A stretch of DNA of 64,000 nt from Candidatus Sungiibacteriota bacterium (GTDB lineage Bacteria > Patescibacteriota > Minisyncoccia > Sungbacterales > HO2-52-23): positions 250,702 to 314,701 of the forward strand of contig CP066690.1 of the NCBI GenBank assembly GCA_016432465.1. The letters run 5' to 3'. Positions 63,244 to 64,000 of the stretch are shown here, one piece after another. The first letter of the stretch is position 1. Each line of letters opens with the position of its first letter. Below the pieces are notes generated by a model, which was not told the DNA's origin, made no database searches, and saw only the letters and a list, made by a program, of their open reading frames with translations. A program made the position numbers and the translations under genes.

Positions 63244-63996
63244 TTACCCTTTTATCAATTGCTCAAACTCTTCTCTTTCAATCGTTTCTTTCTCCATCAA
63301 AACCTTGGCAATTTCATCCAGCTTGTCCCGCCTGCTAGTCAAAATTTTCCCGGCAGAATCAAAAGCGCCATCCATCAACTTTTTAACTTCCCTATCAATC
63401 AATTGCGCTGTTTCTTCGGAATAATTTTTTTCGGTGGTAAGCTCGCGTCCCAAAAACACAAGTTCCTCCCGCTCGCCTAAAGCAATTGGTCCGATTTTCT
63501 CGGACATCCCAAAACGCGTAACCAAGTTTCTGGCCAAAGCCGTTGCTTTTTTTAAGTCATCCGCGGCGCCGGTGGTAATTTCGTTAAAAACAACTTTTTC
63601 CGAAGCATAACCCCCTAGAGACACGGCCAGCTCGTCCAGAAAGTGCGAGCGCGAAAAAATATGACGATCTTCTATGGGAAGTTTTAAGGTATAACCAGCA
63701 GCCCGACCCCGCGCCACAATGGAAACTTTGTGCACCGGATCGGCGTGCGGAAGCGAGGCTGCAACCAAAGCGTGTCCGGCCTCATGATAGGCCGAGATTT
63801 TTTTCTCCTCGGGTGTCAAGATGTGACTTTTTCGCTCCGGCCCAAGCATTACTTTTTCAATGGAATTTATTAAATCCGCCTGTATGACTTTTTTTCGGTT
63901 GTTGCGCGCAGCAAGTATTGCTCCCTCATTAACAAGATTGGCCAAGTCAGCGCCGGAAAACCCCGGAGTGCGCTCGGCAATTCTTCGCAGCGCCAC
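63244..63996 (-). CDS. ftsH: ATP-dependent zinc metalloprotease FtsH, C-terminal M41 peptidase domain (gene continues beyond the window)
   Basis: HEAGHALVA zinc-binding HEXXH plus GxSEK-type downstream context; the ORF is open at the window edge. Confidence 0.85.
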   Translation of the reverse strand: MALRRIAERTPGFSGADLANLVNEGAILAARNNRKKVIQADLINSIEKVMLGPERKSHILTPEEKKISAYHEAGHALVAASLPHADPVHKVSIVARGRAAGYTLKLPIEDRHIFSRSHFLDELAVSLGGYASEKVVFNEITTGAADDLKKATALARNLVTRFGMSEKIGPIALGEREELVFLGRELTTEKNYSEETAQLIDREVKKLMDGAFDSAGKILTSRRDKLDEIAKVLMEKETIEREEFEQLIKG

Positions 63997-64000
63997 ATCC

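Noticed and set aside
53016-63996. 20S proteasome subunits (prcA/prcB) adjacent to the Pup locus
   Set aside because: No ORF of 200-280 aa with an Ntn-hydrolase T1 threonine N-terminus is present. The protease at the window edge is FtsH (HEXXH), not a proteasome subunit.
1-64000. Integrase, transposase or recombinase genes that would explain the many att-like tRNA duplicates and MITEs
   Set aside because: None of the ORFs shows tyrosine- or serine-recombinase, DDE, or HUH/Y1 motifs, so the mobile-looking elements appear to be non-autonomous or relics.

Overview
This 64-kb window looks like a compact, AT-leaning bacterial genome of the small-genome/CPR-like kind. It has short genes, a short infB followed by rbfA, a type IV pilus cluster with several pseudopilins, and tandem HNH and GIY-YIG nucleases. 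I found no rRNA, no CRISPR array, and no integrase or transposase.

Recognisable core genes are serA, infB-rbfA, rplS, an RluA-family pseudouridine synthase, an ECF sigma factor, argH, htrA, hisS, recG, a class-III aminotransferase, cdd, a NUDIX hydrolase and a C-terminal fragment of ftsH.

Two things stand out:

- **A pupylation-like protein-tagging locus at 53.0-62.2 kb, all on the minus strand.**
  - It comprises an Mpa/ARC-type AAA+ ATPase ending in GQYL.
  - Next come a Dop-like protein and a Pup-like 78-aa protein ending in GGE.
  - Two further PafA/Dop-family paralogs follow.
  - A membrane family-2 glycosyltransferase sits between the two PafA-like genes.
  - No 20S proteasome genes are visible in the window.
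- **An unusually dense layer of small non-coding elements.**
  - There are 15 tRNA genes. Five sit inside extended leader/trailer palindromes, one carries an unusual TAT anticodon and one a GCG anticodon.
  - At least ten partial tRNA duplicates mark old integration or recombination scars.
  - A roughly 200-nt structured element occurs in four copies, with compensatory base changes in two helices.
  - A MITE-like palindrome of about 110-130 bp occurs in five copies and has fused into gene ends.
  - A 40-nt double-hairpin repeat has inserted in frame into recG.
  - There are also REP-like hairpins, GC-rich inserts, and a segment bounded by 90-bp inverted repeats that carry duplicate promoters.

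Coordinates of RNA features and repeats were read by eye and are good to a few nucleotides.
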